Shown: positions 26,446 to 40,100 of the stretch, piece by piece
Position numbering within the stretch: position 1 is the stretch's first letter
Layout of the letters: every line of letters begins with the position of its first letter
Origin: Lingula anatina
Lineage: Eukaryota; Animalia; Brachiopoda
Direction of reading: 5' to 3'
Assembly (NCBI GenBank): GCA_051362555.1
Contig: CM120649.1
Location: forward strand, 6,510,001-6,574,000
Length of the DNA stretch: 64,000 nucleotides
Notes under the pieces: generated by a model
Database searches by the model: none
Told to the model about the DNA's origin: nothing
What the model saw: only the letters and a program-made list of their open reading frames with translations
Program-made: the position numbers and the translations under genes

Positions 26446-29400
26446 CCATTTAGGTGTTAATTTATTTTGCTTATATAATTAATCTTATTACTCGCTTATA
26501 TTATAATCATTATTTTTTAATCTGTATATGTACATTATGTACATATATTTATTTATTTTTCATTTATTATCATCATCATTTTATCTACAAGGAGAGTTTT
26601 AGTCATTTTCTTGAAAATGTTTACCTGTAAGAATGCGTAAAAACACATTTGGGCCAGTGATAAGTGTGTTAGAGGAGAAAACCATTGTGTTTTTCGCTGA
26701 AAATTAGTTGAAGGACTTTTCAAATTGAACGGTACAGTTTAAGTGGTTGCTGGGGAAGGGGGGGGGAGAGGGGGGTTAGCCCAGCTTGAACGTGGATGAG
26801 TCACCTAAACGGTGTTCCCGACCTAAACACGCCCAGTTGACCCGATTAATTTTAATTGGCCCAGTGGGTTCGGGAAAGAGAGTGCAAACTCCCTGTAGCT
26901 TTTAGTTCTGATATAGCTTTTCTTTGCATCATTAATATCTTTTTTAAAATATCTTTTTTAAGGAACAAAACAGATAAATCGTCATCATTGTGAGAAATAT
27001 GAGAAAATACAAGCCCTTCCATAGCACGAAGAAACAACAAAATGCTGCTTGCAAGGATTGCATATGTGGTACAATGATTAAGGCGATTTTTCATTAAAGG
27101 CAGCAAGACAAGCACCGCGCACCATACGGCGTGTGGTAATACTGCTGGATCCCGCCTCTTGAAGCTGAGCACTAGTAGAGGAAGGACCGACAGACGATTT
27201 CGGGCAGCTCTCCAGTCTGTTTAGTGTAATGCCTTCTGAAATATTTCCCTTCAATTCTTGGTCTTTGGCGGCCGTTGCTATGGTATTACGAGTTCATGTA
27301 ATTCAGGTATGATATGATATGTTACAGGCACGCTGACATAGGCGAGGGAACTAACGTGTAATTACGATATAGTCTAATAGGGGGCGCAGTGGGTCACCCT
27401 AGTTTTACGTGTGAGCCAATAGGTGACGCTATCAGCAAGAACCTTTTTGCACCTTAACACAGGGTGACCGCATACCTTTAATCCAATAATATTTATGTGT
27501 GTTAAGTATATAAAGGAGATTATTGTTGATATAAACACTATCTTTCACCGGATATGTTGTCAGCCAATGTAGCAATAGGTCAAACCAAAAGTCACTATGT
27601 CAATATATGTGTCAACAAGAAATGATGGGTGGATGTTATTCAACACGTTTAACCCAGAAAATATGATCGATAAAGAATCATTCGGTCAAGATGCCCGAGG
27701 ATAGTGTTATGTTATTTTCCTCTTTGACAGTGTGAACAAGTGCGTGACCTAAAACACGACGGCGGCCTTGGTGTGTCTTACCCTGTCGTCTACTTCGTTT
27801 TGTTGTCATTTCATTAAAACACCAACGTTACCAACTTAATATGTTTGCTTTTTCGACGAAATCCCGATGTTCCATTAATCTTTGTAAACTCGAGATAGAC
27901 GATGGTGTAACCCTGGCATGCTTTTATTTTCTTTTCAGATATTTTAAGCTCTTCCAAGAAAGTCTATTTCTTCCCGTGCAGACACGATGCAGAGTCGATC
28001 GAGACACAGTTATATTGTCCTTGAGTCCCCAAATAGAATTTTCTCCAGGGTAGCACATAACCGGCGCTGCACGCTACGGGGGGCGAATAAGACAAGGTTT
28101 ATTTCCACCTCAAACACACGAAAAATCTTCACCGAGAAACAACGAGCCACGCTAGTGCAGCTAGCCAACGGTCGAAGAAGCTTGTTCGCAGATTCTGTAG
28201 CCAGGATCCAGCGTAATCGTCGCGCGATGGGAATTTCCCCTCCCCCCCGAGTCAACTCCCCCGTTTTTCTCTGCTGTCCTACCTTGGACGGGGTCCATCC
28301 AGGTCCCATATTTGCATATCGTCTGCACAGTACTGGGTACAGTGTTTACGGAAGGGGGAAAACTCGTGGCATGATTTCTAATTTTAGAAAAATCTTGTAG
28401 GTGGTGTCTCTCCCACTTTTTTTTCAGCATTGTGCTACAGAGAGCTGGTTGAACTGAGAGCTACTGCTGAACGTTTGGGACAGTTGAAGAGAAATTAAAA
28501 GTTCTTGTTGCATTTGCACATTTGAGCCCAAAAATGGTGCATTTCTGATAATTTTTGGAATTTCAGATTCCTAAAAACAAGGTATTCTTGGGTAAGGCAG
28601 CTCACATGTATCGTGACGTTAGGCAATATGAAATATCACACAATGGTCCACTCGTGTTTCACCAAGCGAACCAAATGACACACTCTGTATTATCATTCAT
28701 AATACACATCATTTCAGCAAAATCTGCGATATTTTCCATCTCCCTGTAGCCCAGGTAAATGTACACAGTAGTATTGATAGCGTTCTGCGAAGAGATGAGG
28801 GGGTCCCTTCCAAGAAAACGCTGTAAATCTTTTCGACCTCGCCCAAAGTAAATGTGACCCTGTGCACCTGGGTGTGGGAACGGTGAACACACCAAAAATA
28901 TTAACCCTTTCTAGACTTTGAGGTGGAACGGCGTTCGTCAAATTGATGCACGTCTTCGTGGCCTATTGCTCAGTACATTGTACAATGTAGTCTAGAACTA
29001 GCTGAGTATTTTTATTCCTGATCCGATATAGAGCAATGTTTAATTTTAAAAGCCGAGCTTTCACAATTATGAGTTTGTTTTCAACCACATTGTAAATGCG
29101 GTTCATATTCGGTTTGAATATCGGTTTTCCTGTGTTACCATAACTTTTCATTTTTCTTAGGAATGCATTGGTTAATTTTTTTTTTCAAATATTTATCCTA
29201 TTAAATTTTTCTCCCCACAGGGATGTAGACAGTTGCTTTTCTAATTCAAAAATTAGACATGGCTGTCACAGACTAGTATTTGCAGGTGAAAATCTAGACC
29301 TGCTTATTGGACATTCCCGTCTTCCCTTTACACGTGCGTTGACCGTGACCCGCAGCTATTTTTCGCGTTGGATAATCAATTTTAAGAGTCCTGTCTACAA

Positions 29401-29902
29401 ACTTGAAAGAAATCATTCAGGCTTGAAGTAGAGAAATTTTAGCGATATTACGAAAGTTCCGTAACATGTGGCTATTTCTTCCCTCTCGAGATGGTCATTT
29501 TATTCAGTGTCAATAATCACTTTTTTTTTTTAATTTTAATTATGGTTATATTTAGCCAAAGTTCTTTCTGAAAGGTGAAAGATTATTTGATTTTCCTCAA
29601 ACGATTCTGGCTGAAATTCAAATGTGAAAGAGTGAGATAACGTCTCCTCTACCGCAATCATCCGTGGATTAGGTGGGGGACAAATTGCCTAGCAACGAAA
29701 GCAAGCTCCGGACCGGTTACCTAGCAACAGAAATTAATACAAGAGGTGGTTACCTAGCAACAGAAATAGCAGGGTAACTAATCACCAACGGTAAAATTTA
29801 CATGATTGATTACTGTGTATTATTTAATCCGCAAAAATATTGGGTAAATACGAAAAAGTACATGGCGTTAAACTTACGCCGTCTGATCCCCCCCTCCCTC
29901 CC

Positions 29903-29939
<37 letters not shown>

Positions 29940-30102
29940 ATCCAGAGCCACAGAAGGATGTTTTCACAAGTGTTTTCACTATTTTTCTCAGGCTAATCAC
30001 CACCACGTACACATTTCCATCCAGCGAGGATTTTTTGTACATCACCCACCTTGACTCTGGTAGGGAGGAAGGGTGCATTCAATACAAGTTGATCCACGAA
30101 CT

Positions 30103-30388
30103 AACTGATCCACGGATCAAATATGGCCCACTCACTTATAAGCAATGCTGCATAATCCCCTAATAAACTCCCCGCCTCCCACACTGGCTGTCCCTGCATG
30201 GACACAGCGATTTTAAAAATCTTCGATCAGGGCGCAATGCGTTCTTGTGCTGATGTTTGCCTAGTTCCCTACGCCTGATGGAAGTGGAGTCACTGCAGAG
30301 ACGGCACACGTGGGAGGCGGGGAGTTCATTAAATAATTATGCAGCATTGCTTTCAAGTGGATCAGCCATATTTGATCCGCGGATCAAT
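30103..30388. mobile_element. MITE with ~80-bp TIRs
   Basis: TGATCCACGGATCAAATATGGC...AAGCAATGCTGCATAAT...AACTCCCCGCCTCCCAC is mirrored at 30310-30388; related short copy at 55952-56050. Confidence 0.75.
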
Positions 30389-31101
30389 TTGTTCTAAATG
30401 CGCCCTAAGATAATGGGATATAATGTCCTCGCAGAGGCCAGTGATAGGGAGAAAGATAACTGAGTATAGCATCCTCGCACAGGTCAATGTCATATCTTGT
30501 CTGCAAATATATGGACCTGTAAACTCACACAAAAAAATTATAACACGTCTATCTAATTTCTGTTCTTTAATGATCATCGATTATTTTATCATATCAACAG
30601 CAAATCATAGGATTTTTAAATTGAAATTATAAAGTACTTTAACTTTACATATAAATTATTGCAATCGCACAATTTTGAAAATGATTTAAAACAAATAATT
30701 CCATCGCTTGTGTTACGTACAAAGAAAAAATAGTGACTTTTCTTCAATCAACAGCTAATATTTAAATTGCTCTTTACCTGCCTGATTTAGATGATCCACA
30801 CGGACATAGAAATAATGGATGTTAACGATTTCAATATTAGCTGTAGATTTAAGAAAAGTTACCTCTTTATTCTTGATATAAAAACATATTAAAATTAAAG
30901 AAGAAAAGAACACCACACAAAATGATTAAATATACATTTGGATTACAGTTATGCACCATATTTCAAAGGCGACAATATTAGATAAAGGCGCATATTACAA
31001 AGGCGTTTATATAAGTTGTTATATTAGATAAATCCAAAACCATCTATGTCCAGGTCAAACACAAATTCACTGCCCCGAGTGAAGTCAACACCCGACGACC
31101 T

Positions 31102-31233
31102 GGGCCCGTAACTCGAAAGCATCGCGCATTGCGAATAGCGATATCACATAGAGGCTACAATGTTAAAACGAGCTATGGAATCGAGACACTTGCGATCGGT
31201 CACAGTGCGCGATGCTTTCGAGATACGGGGCCC
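31102..31233. mobile_element. Small hairpin MITE
   Basis: GGGCCCGTAACTCGAAAGCATCGCGCA ... TGCGCGATGCTTTCGAGATACGGGGCCC. Confidence 0.7.
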
Positions 31234-34200
31234 TGGGGGTACTCAGCTTCATGACGCCGTCCTTGGTGATAAGAGCGAAACGGTGCTTTTCACTAAATTT
31301 TGTTCCATAATAAGCTATTCACATTAACAAAAGAGCTAACAGAAAGGACTTATGTAAAGGTGTTACATTGTTACTGTAGAAAGTCGTGTAATTTCAGTGT
31401 TACATGTATCCCACTTGTGTTATCCCACTTTTGTCAAGTCCATCCATGTTGAAGTTTCAAGGAAATGCCCACTGTTCGTACAAATGTTATGTCCTATTTG
31501 TTTTTATGCTGACGCACATCACAGACTGAAAATGAACAAGAAAAGAACGAATAGATAAACCTTCATATATTCACGGACCTACTGGTAGGGAAGTAATTCT
31601 TTTTATCTTGTTCCAAAATCCACTTCCTGTCATTACAAAAACACTTAATATCTTTTCTATCATATCAAAATATGTGAGTCAGTGTTTCTCACTGACTTAA
31701 ATTCTTGGAAAGAATGAATTATTTGACATTTTAATGAATTCCAACCTTTTATGATAAATTACATAAATAATTCACGTGCTTAAAATGTACGCGTTACACA
31801 TGCGTACATGAGAAGCTAACAGGGTATAATCTAAAATATTCTATTTTATACACACATTTCTCTAAACGCCGCCAATCAAATGTTTCTGATGTTGTTATAA
31901 TTAATCCTATGTAATATGAAATACGATTTAAAACTAAACTGAGTATCAAAGTTTAACTCAGTAAAAAGGGTATGATCTTGGTTTGTGAGTTTTTATGCTC
32001 TGCTTTCCCAAGGAGTTTGAAATAGAAACTATAGAATAAAAATGACAAATAAGCATTTGTTTACGAGGCTATTTTATGTTTGGAACATTAACAGAGACTT
32101 TCGTTTCAAATTCTGTGAATTCTCTCACATTTAGGAAAATAGAGCTCCTTCTTACTAAAACATTGCGCTATACTTTATAGGCTACAGACACTGAATTATG
32201 GTCCATTTGCCTCCTGAATATTGAGTGAATGATATGAGAATTTCCACGTAATGAATAATCTGTTAAACACTTGAAACGACTTGTCCACAAAAAGATAGGT
32301 GAGCGATATTTCCACTTAACCTTTATAATGAAAAAAGAATCTACCTACCTAACTTAAACTAAAAATGTAGAATTTGATAAAATGATACTTTGACAGTAAA
32401 TGGTTTGGGTTTAAAAAAACATATAGGAATATGTGTTATGATATTTATTTGTGACTAAACATGAACATCAACTTTTTCAGATGTAAAAGACATTTAGATG
32501 TAATAATGACGATAGCATTTAAGTAGTATGTTCGAAATTAATCCGTAAGACAAGTGATGTAATTACTCATCTTATTTACAATCATTAAAAATGTTTTTAT
32601 TATAAAGATTATGGCTAATTAGGATATTTGATTTAGTGATTTCGGTTATCATTAAATCTAGTAACTGCATAAACCGTAGTTAAATAAAAAGCAAAAATTA
32701 TAACTAATCTGTTGTCCAGCACTGAGATCGCAGCTTTGATGTCAAAAATGTAAAGACCCGTAAAAATCTCAACGATTTCACATGTTGGATAGTTGATAAA
32801 TTTAAATACAATGTACGCATTTAAAAAAATCTCGAAGTCATTTTGTAATGTCTAAAAACCTGCAAAGTTACTTATCTTTCCCAGTCCAGACATTTAGAAC
32901 TAATCATTTAATTAGAAATTGTTTAAAATAACTTGGATTTTAAGTTCAGGGACGGGTTGATTAATTACGTGGAAGAAAAACATATTCCGGAGAAAATAAG
33001 ATTTTGGCAGGAAAATCCTGAATGATGAAATTGGAAATATACTTATTATACATACTAAACTGGAATTTCAGGATTCAGATTTGTTACGTGCATCAATATT
33101 ATTTACAATGTTATTTATGTTTTTACCTATATTTATTTTTCAAACTGAGTGACCATAATATTGTCTTGCAGAGTCAAAATTGAATTACACATCGTACTGG
33201 TATGGTTAACAACGCCTTTTTTATTTTAAAGAATATTGTTTTCAGAGAAAAAATATTTATAATCATCATATAGATGAAGAAATGCCTTTAAATCTTATTT
33301 TCGCAAAAAAAAATATTCTGTACATTTCACGTAATGCCTAAAATACAAAACGATTCTCAGATAAAAGTGATTAGGCCTAAATTTGTAAAGATAAATCGTT
33401 AGCTAATATGAAAGAGGGGTTAAGACAAAAGAAAAAGTACAGTATGACAAAAAATTTGTTTGGTAAGATCAAAAACAAAAGCCGTGGTGCAGTATCAAAA
33501 GAGTCTAGGTGGTAAATTTTGTCAAAAAGATAGGCCTTTAATTCATTTTCAGTATTTTTACCAAAGCGAAGGCTCCATCCTGATCAGAGTTCAACAAAAG
33601 AACATTTTTCCCAAAGAACATTTTTCCAACTAGTAATTTCTGACGGCTTTTGTCAAAATAAATTCGTATAAAAATATACAGAAATTATAAACTACATGTA
33701 TCTCTTTAGACTTCCCAAAAATACAGTGTGAAGATTATGCATAAATAGATTAAAAATGTAAATGATTAATTAAACTAACAATAAATAAAAAATTAACAAT
33801 CGAAGAATATAAAGCGCAAATGTTAAAAATAAGATAAGAAGCGAGAGCAAATTTCCTGTAACGTTTAAAAACTATTAGCACCGTATTTTTACACAACACA
33901 AAATCCACTTGACAAAATACCAACTGAAATTAATTTCGCGGGTAGCCCGAAAAAAGCTTTAAAACACGTAATCGTGAATTAGACCTACGTATTTTCCCTC
34001 TGGTCTTTAAAGCACAAAAATAGGCTGAAAATTTCTTTGCAAATATTATTTTAGGGAAATAATGTTACGAAACTTTTTTTGTTATCCTTTTTGAAACTGT
34101 ATATGGTAGCATGTGGTTGGGTTAAGCAGCAATAATTTGACATGAGTGCTCGTTTAATGTGCAGCTGGAATGAATGAAAAAATAAAAGAATTAAAATAAA

Positions 34201-35399
34201 AGTTAATCAATTTAAAGTTAATCAATTAAACCCGGAAAAGTGTAAAGTGAATTTTCAGTGGTGATTCGATATGGTGGGATTACAAAAAAAAGTTTTATTT
34301 ACATGTTTTCAATTAAGTTCTAAAAACACAAAAAAGAAAACAATCTACATCTTAATGTCAATAAATTTTATGAAAAATTTGTATAAAATCCTTTTTTTTT
34401 TTTTTTTTTTTTACAGTATGTTATTATTCAGGTCACCCATATCTTGCGGTTAGCGTAACACAAAGTGATGTGGAAGACTGCGTGTGCTTGCGCAAGTGAG
34501 CCGGGGGTTAATGCATTGTATAGGGATATCAAGGTTCAGTTCATATTTTATAGAAACTGAAAGCGAGAAAGAAAGGGGGTGAGAATGCGATGCATGCTGC
34601 TTCATGTTCTATTTTGACAACAAAACGCTTAAATTATTAATTTTTGACAACAAAACGCATATTATTAATGATGACTGTGCACACAGAGAAAGGTCACATG
34701 GACCAAACTAGACTATATATTTATGCCTGTAGGAGCAATTGTGAACTGTCTGGTAAATATTGTTATCAATATCTGTATGTTGTACCGATACATATCCCTG
34801 CACCTCGACCTAGTTGTTTGTCTTCGGGTTGCATAAATGTCGCCCCTAATATTAAAACAATAGGCCTATATAAAGCTCGAGGGAGGTCAAAGGTCACTAA
34901 AGGTCAAACGTCAGCAGAGGTCAGATGCGTTAGCATACTAGGGGCAGGGCCTCACTTAAATCCCCGCTGGTCTTCAAATCGATATATTCAAATGACATAG
35001 CTATAATCAAAATGTGTATGCATGGTACTAAACACAGACATGTAAATACCAAAGTTTGTTTAAAGATTATATGTCAACGCCAACATGTTTTTGTATTAGA
35101 GAGGTGAGTGAGTGAAACTGGCATGCAACGATTTTTATTGCAAAACAAAGAACTACGTGCGAAAGGAAATGCACTAAATTCTAGTTCAGTTCCTCGATAA
35201 TGTGAAGCGAAAGAAAGGTATGCCTACACGCCAAGCTTTCTGTAATGATTTCACGGTTATTTCTTTCATTGTGATTTTGCTTCGTCAAGGCACGCAGCAC
35301 GCGAATATTGATATTGGTCTAATAATAGCATGGCTTAATCTTGGACCTAAACCTGACACCCTGCTATCCCCAAAGTGTCAACAATTCATTTCAAATCAA

Positions 35400-35580
35400 A
35401 ATAGCCCGCCACGGGGCTCCTGCGCATGTGCGCATTCTCAGAATTAGCGAACATATAAACAGCTGAGCTGCGACGCTGCAGACATGCGATATGGCCTACT
35501 TACAGTATTAGCTGTGGCCACAAGCACACAAAACACCCAGGGATTTCCCCATCACTGATTCAGCCGGGGAATTTACCAAG
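35400..35580 (+). promoter_or_regulatory. Proximal promoter of TNF-family gene A
   Basis: CCCGCCA 35405, TGCGCATGTGCGCA 35421, GAS-type TTCTCAGAA 35435-35443, TATAAA ~35454, kB-type GGGATTTCCC 35540-35549; same order upstream of gene C. Confidence 0.6.
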
Positions 35581-35585
35581 TCGTC

Positions 35586-37069
35586 ATGAGTGTTGTGGGA
35601 GAAATAGGCAACGATGTCAGCGCGGGGAAGCACCGTGGGGCAGCGCAGCGCACGCCGGGAGAGCTCTGCCCGGCGTGCGGCCGCTGTGCCAAGGGCCGCA
35701 GGGACTGGGTGCCCGCGATCGTCGTCGCAGTTTTACTCCTCGTCGCTCTAGCCCCGTGCGGCGTTGTGTTTACGCTTAAGATGCACGCACTGCAAGACGG
35801 AATAGATAGATGCGAGCGGAACGCTGCATACTTTGTAAACTCCCGACACGAAGGAGTTTTGTCTCCTAAAGAGCCTTCACCGGACCGTGACCGAAAACCG
35901 CCCTCCCCAGTTGTCAACCATGAAGAGAAAATTATACAAGATGTGGTGGCACAAAATGAAACTGAAGTTGAGGAATACGAGGTAAGGCTGCGTGACGCTT
36001 AGTCGTCTTTGTTAAATATTGATTTTTAAAAGAAGTTAAGGTTTTTTAATACTGCGCAGTACCAGCGTGCGTTTTCCAAACAGTTATTTATCAGTCTGAT
36101 AAGAAAGACCATGCAAGTACTACATGTGCCCTCAGTAGATCACCGTGCAGCTTGTAGCTGTTAAATCAATGATCTTTACCCAGGGTCATCGGCTGAATGT
36201 ACTCAGTAGCGTGCGTGCCGCTTAAACATTTGTCAGTGTTGATTTTGCTTTTATTTCTTCAGCCCGAGTAAGTCACCTGCTGCCACATCTGTCACCCTTC
36301 CCCCTCCTCTAAAATATGTCTATTTGTTTGTTTCGTTTTGCAAGTTTTGTCCTTAATTATCTTACGGGCATCATCATTATGACAAGTACTATTTTTATTA
36401 CCATTATTTTCATTATTTATACATTTGTTTAATCTATTATTTATTATGTCAGTTTTGTAAAATCATGTAATGCCGCAACTTTCATAAACTTCGGTCCACA
36501 TTTCCTGCTCAAAGTAAAAGCCAGCATTTAAAACAAATCATATCAGTGAAGATAGTATGTTACACTGACCATAGCGCATAATGCACAAGGACACACGTAG
36601 ACCACATTCTTTGGGTGTATGGTATTCTCACTAAGGATATTACGCACTTAAATACCTATACCGGGCCACTTTGGCTGCATAACAATATGCGCAGCGCATC
36701 AATCAAGCAGCTCGTGTCATTCAATCTCTTCACTGTTACCTATAACGCATTGTCAGAGTTATTTCACAACATACTGTAACCGCTGACTGTCTGCCGCGTG
36801 TTACGTCACTCGTCTGGAGAGATTTGCATTTACGATTGGACCCCCAGACTTTGATCTATGCGTGGGCGTGGCTTTACAGGGAAAAGGTGGAATGTATGGT
36901 GTATATGTTCTATAGGCGCAGGCATGAGAAATTGTGCATGTTCATGTATGTGTGTGTGCGCGCGTGCATGTGCGTATGAGACAGAGATAGGGTGTATGTA
37001 CATGTATAGGAGCAAGTGTGTGTGTGTGTGAACATGTATGAGAGCGAGATAAGAGTTTGCGGTGCTTTT

Positions 37070-37100
<31 letters not shown>

Positions 37101-40100
37101 TCTCAAGAGGAAGAAGTAAGAACTAAAGGTAAAAGGTGAAATAAGATGGGAGCTCGAAATCAATTTTACACATGAACATTTTTTTTCGGATTATGTAAAC
37201 GAAAGCAAAAAGACAAAATGTAAATATGTGTAAATTTTAAAAAATAAACAGATCGGAATATAATGATAGGATCCCACAATTTGCTATGGTGCTATTTTAA
37301 CATTGTGCAATTGTATATACAAATATAAATGTACACATACGTTTGCGTTTACTTGAGACGATTTTTTACAATGTATTCGACAAAGTTTTTATTTTACTTA
37401 GAAAAATAGGCCTGGAATAGAATAGAAAATTTAAAAAAATAAGCCACTGGTGTGTAACTTTCCTGGAAGACGTATTTTAAATGTGAAACTAAACATTTCC
37501 CACTGAAGAGGTTTCCCCCGCTTTGGATTATCCAACCACAGTGAAAAGAGAAAGAACAGTATGCCTTAACGGCCATTCTCGGAATAATTTATAAACACAG
37601 TTTACAAACCAAGAATTCCAATGTTAGGAAAATAGTGAACAGCTGTACTAATTTTAGAAATATTTTGGAAGAAGTTTTAGTGGGGTTTAGAAAAAAGGAA
37701 CGTATAGTAGCGATAATTGTAAATGGACTAGCCAACCGGGGAGTAGTCAGACGATTTATTCAGCAATCAGTTTTTTTATAATTTTTAACATCCAGTTTGA
37801 CGCACCGAAGTTTGTCTCTCACATATGACTTTCCGATCAGATTTACCGGGGGAAACTAGTAGTCTCCTAAATATTTTCAGAAAATTGTTTCTTAAAAGAA
37901 AGAAAGGGAGTGAGGGAAAGAGAAGAAATTTGTCGACTGTGAATGTGAAAAGAGTAAACAGTTTGATTGTTACACAAAACAGCAATTTGTCACAGTTGGA
38001 GTAACGGCATTAGAATAACTGAAAATTAAACCACCTGGATCGAAATCCTTTCGAATATACTTTTATGACTAGAAAATCCACCAATTTTTCCCAAACCAGG
38101 AAGAGGAACGTTTGGTCCATGCTAGTACTAGTATATAGGTATTTGAACTACCGGAATTAAATGCGAAAATATTTCACTCCCTGGGTATTGCAAATTAATG
38201 GTTTTATGGCTAAATAATTTTTCCTTTTCATTTAAATGGTAATGCAATTCCTAAATTAAGATTTTTTAAATGTGATTTTTATCTTTGATAATAATCGCTT
38301 AATTTCATCCTATAAACTTTATTTCATTTTGTACTCCATTTATATTAAAAAATAAAAGGTTCGTTGTTATTATTATTATTACACCTAAACTCTCTAGCAA
38401 GATTAACATGAGGCTAGAAAGTTCCTGGTTGTTGATTTCGATTAAGTGATATCCCACTATCTGAAGATTTACGTTGAAAACTATTCCTTCGAATGCTTCA
38501 GTGAAACGAATGGATTTCTGTTCTTTTACTTTGTGAGATTAATTAAATTTGCTTGCACCCAGCAAGCAATATATATGTAGATTGCAGTTTGCATAAAGCG
38601 AAGTTTTAAAAGAAACAACACAAACCGAAAAATCAATGCAAGCACAACAAATATGTTATCTTTTGAGACATTGTTTTCCCCATCGTGACTGCGTTAATAT
38701 TTCTGGTTTACACTAGTATCATAATTTTCAAATTTTCTTTTTCAGGACTTGGAAAGCGCAGACAATACGCCGGGGAATATTTTCACCATTTTGGCGTCCT
38801 TGAGGTCCCGCGAGAGCGCGAGACTAAAACGTAGCGCAGAGAGGCGGAGAGACAGACGCCAAGGGGCTGGCCCAGAATCTACGACAACTCCAACCAGACA
38901 CAAGAATAAGTGCCCACGTAGGTGTAGACGTTGTAAGTGAAAGCTTCAACGTGTGTTTACTTCAAGCTTTTTTCAGTTCTGTCGCATACTAGTAGAACAT
39001 GCCCTTTAACTTAACGCCTATTAGAGACTTACTACATGTATATGTACCTGGGCTTTTCCATAAAAAATTATAAAACTTTCTTCTTATTGGTCCTGTTATA
39101 CCTATTTTCAGCTTATTTCTTAGTTAAAGAAACATATGTAGATTTAGACATAGTGCATTTATTGGTAAATTTAATGACGTTCACAGGGAACTTTGGCGTA
39201 TATATATATATTGACATTCTGGCAATTATTATTTTTCTTTTTTTACCTTTTGTTTTGTTATACCTTGCGAGGCTGTTGTAACGGTATCTTTTTTTTCCAA
39301 TTTTTCTCTATTTTTGCAAAAGTTGTAGTCTTTTATTTATAATTCTGCCTATTCTCCACCGGCGTAGTCATTTAAGTTTAATGTCCTCCTGTTTTATTTA
39401 AAAACCTAATACAACCCTCCGACAGGGTGTTTGAACTTTTATTGCAAAATTGAATAGAATTTGGGAACAAACTAGAGAGAGATTAAAGAAATCCGAGAGT
39501 CTTAATGTTGGTGTGCTGAATTATCACTTCAGTTTTTAAATTAAAGTTTTCCTCACTCAAATTGAACATGATGCAGCCATCTGTGATCAAAATGTCGAGC
39601 GCACAAATGAAGAAAAAAGCACCCAAGGGTCCACGAAACTACATTTTTATATGAATGTCAATATGCTGTTTTTTGTTAACCCAAATTTAAAGTGACGAGA
39701 TTTTCGACAAAAAAGAAAATCCAAAAAAAAATCCATGAGCGGTTATTGGTCCTCATACTACTGTTTAGCGAAGTAGGGCTACTAATAAATTACAAAATAT
39801 TTTATACTTTTGGATAGTAGGTTTTAATTAAGCCGGACTAGTAACACCCCTTTATAGATGAAAAGTACATTATCCTAACACTGAGTATCTTATTCTTTGT
39901 TTACACTTCTCCCCTTTTCGATCTCGTTGTTGAATAATGTCTAATTTGTGCCAATTTTTGATATAATTGACCATGATTTCGAGCTGTAAATATGTTGAAA
40001 GAAGATGAGTTTGAGCTGATCGTCAATCAAGCTCTACTTCTTACAAGATCAAAAATAATCTCAAAGGGCACGTTTCATATTTTTATCACAGAGAAACAAA

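Noticed and set aside
29802-30163. Poly-Pro / poly-Gly ORFs
   Set aside because: Translation of a C homopolymer within repeat-like DNA.
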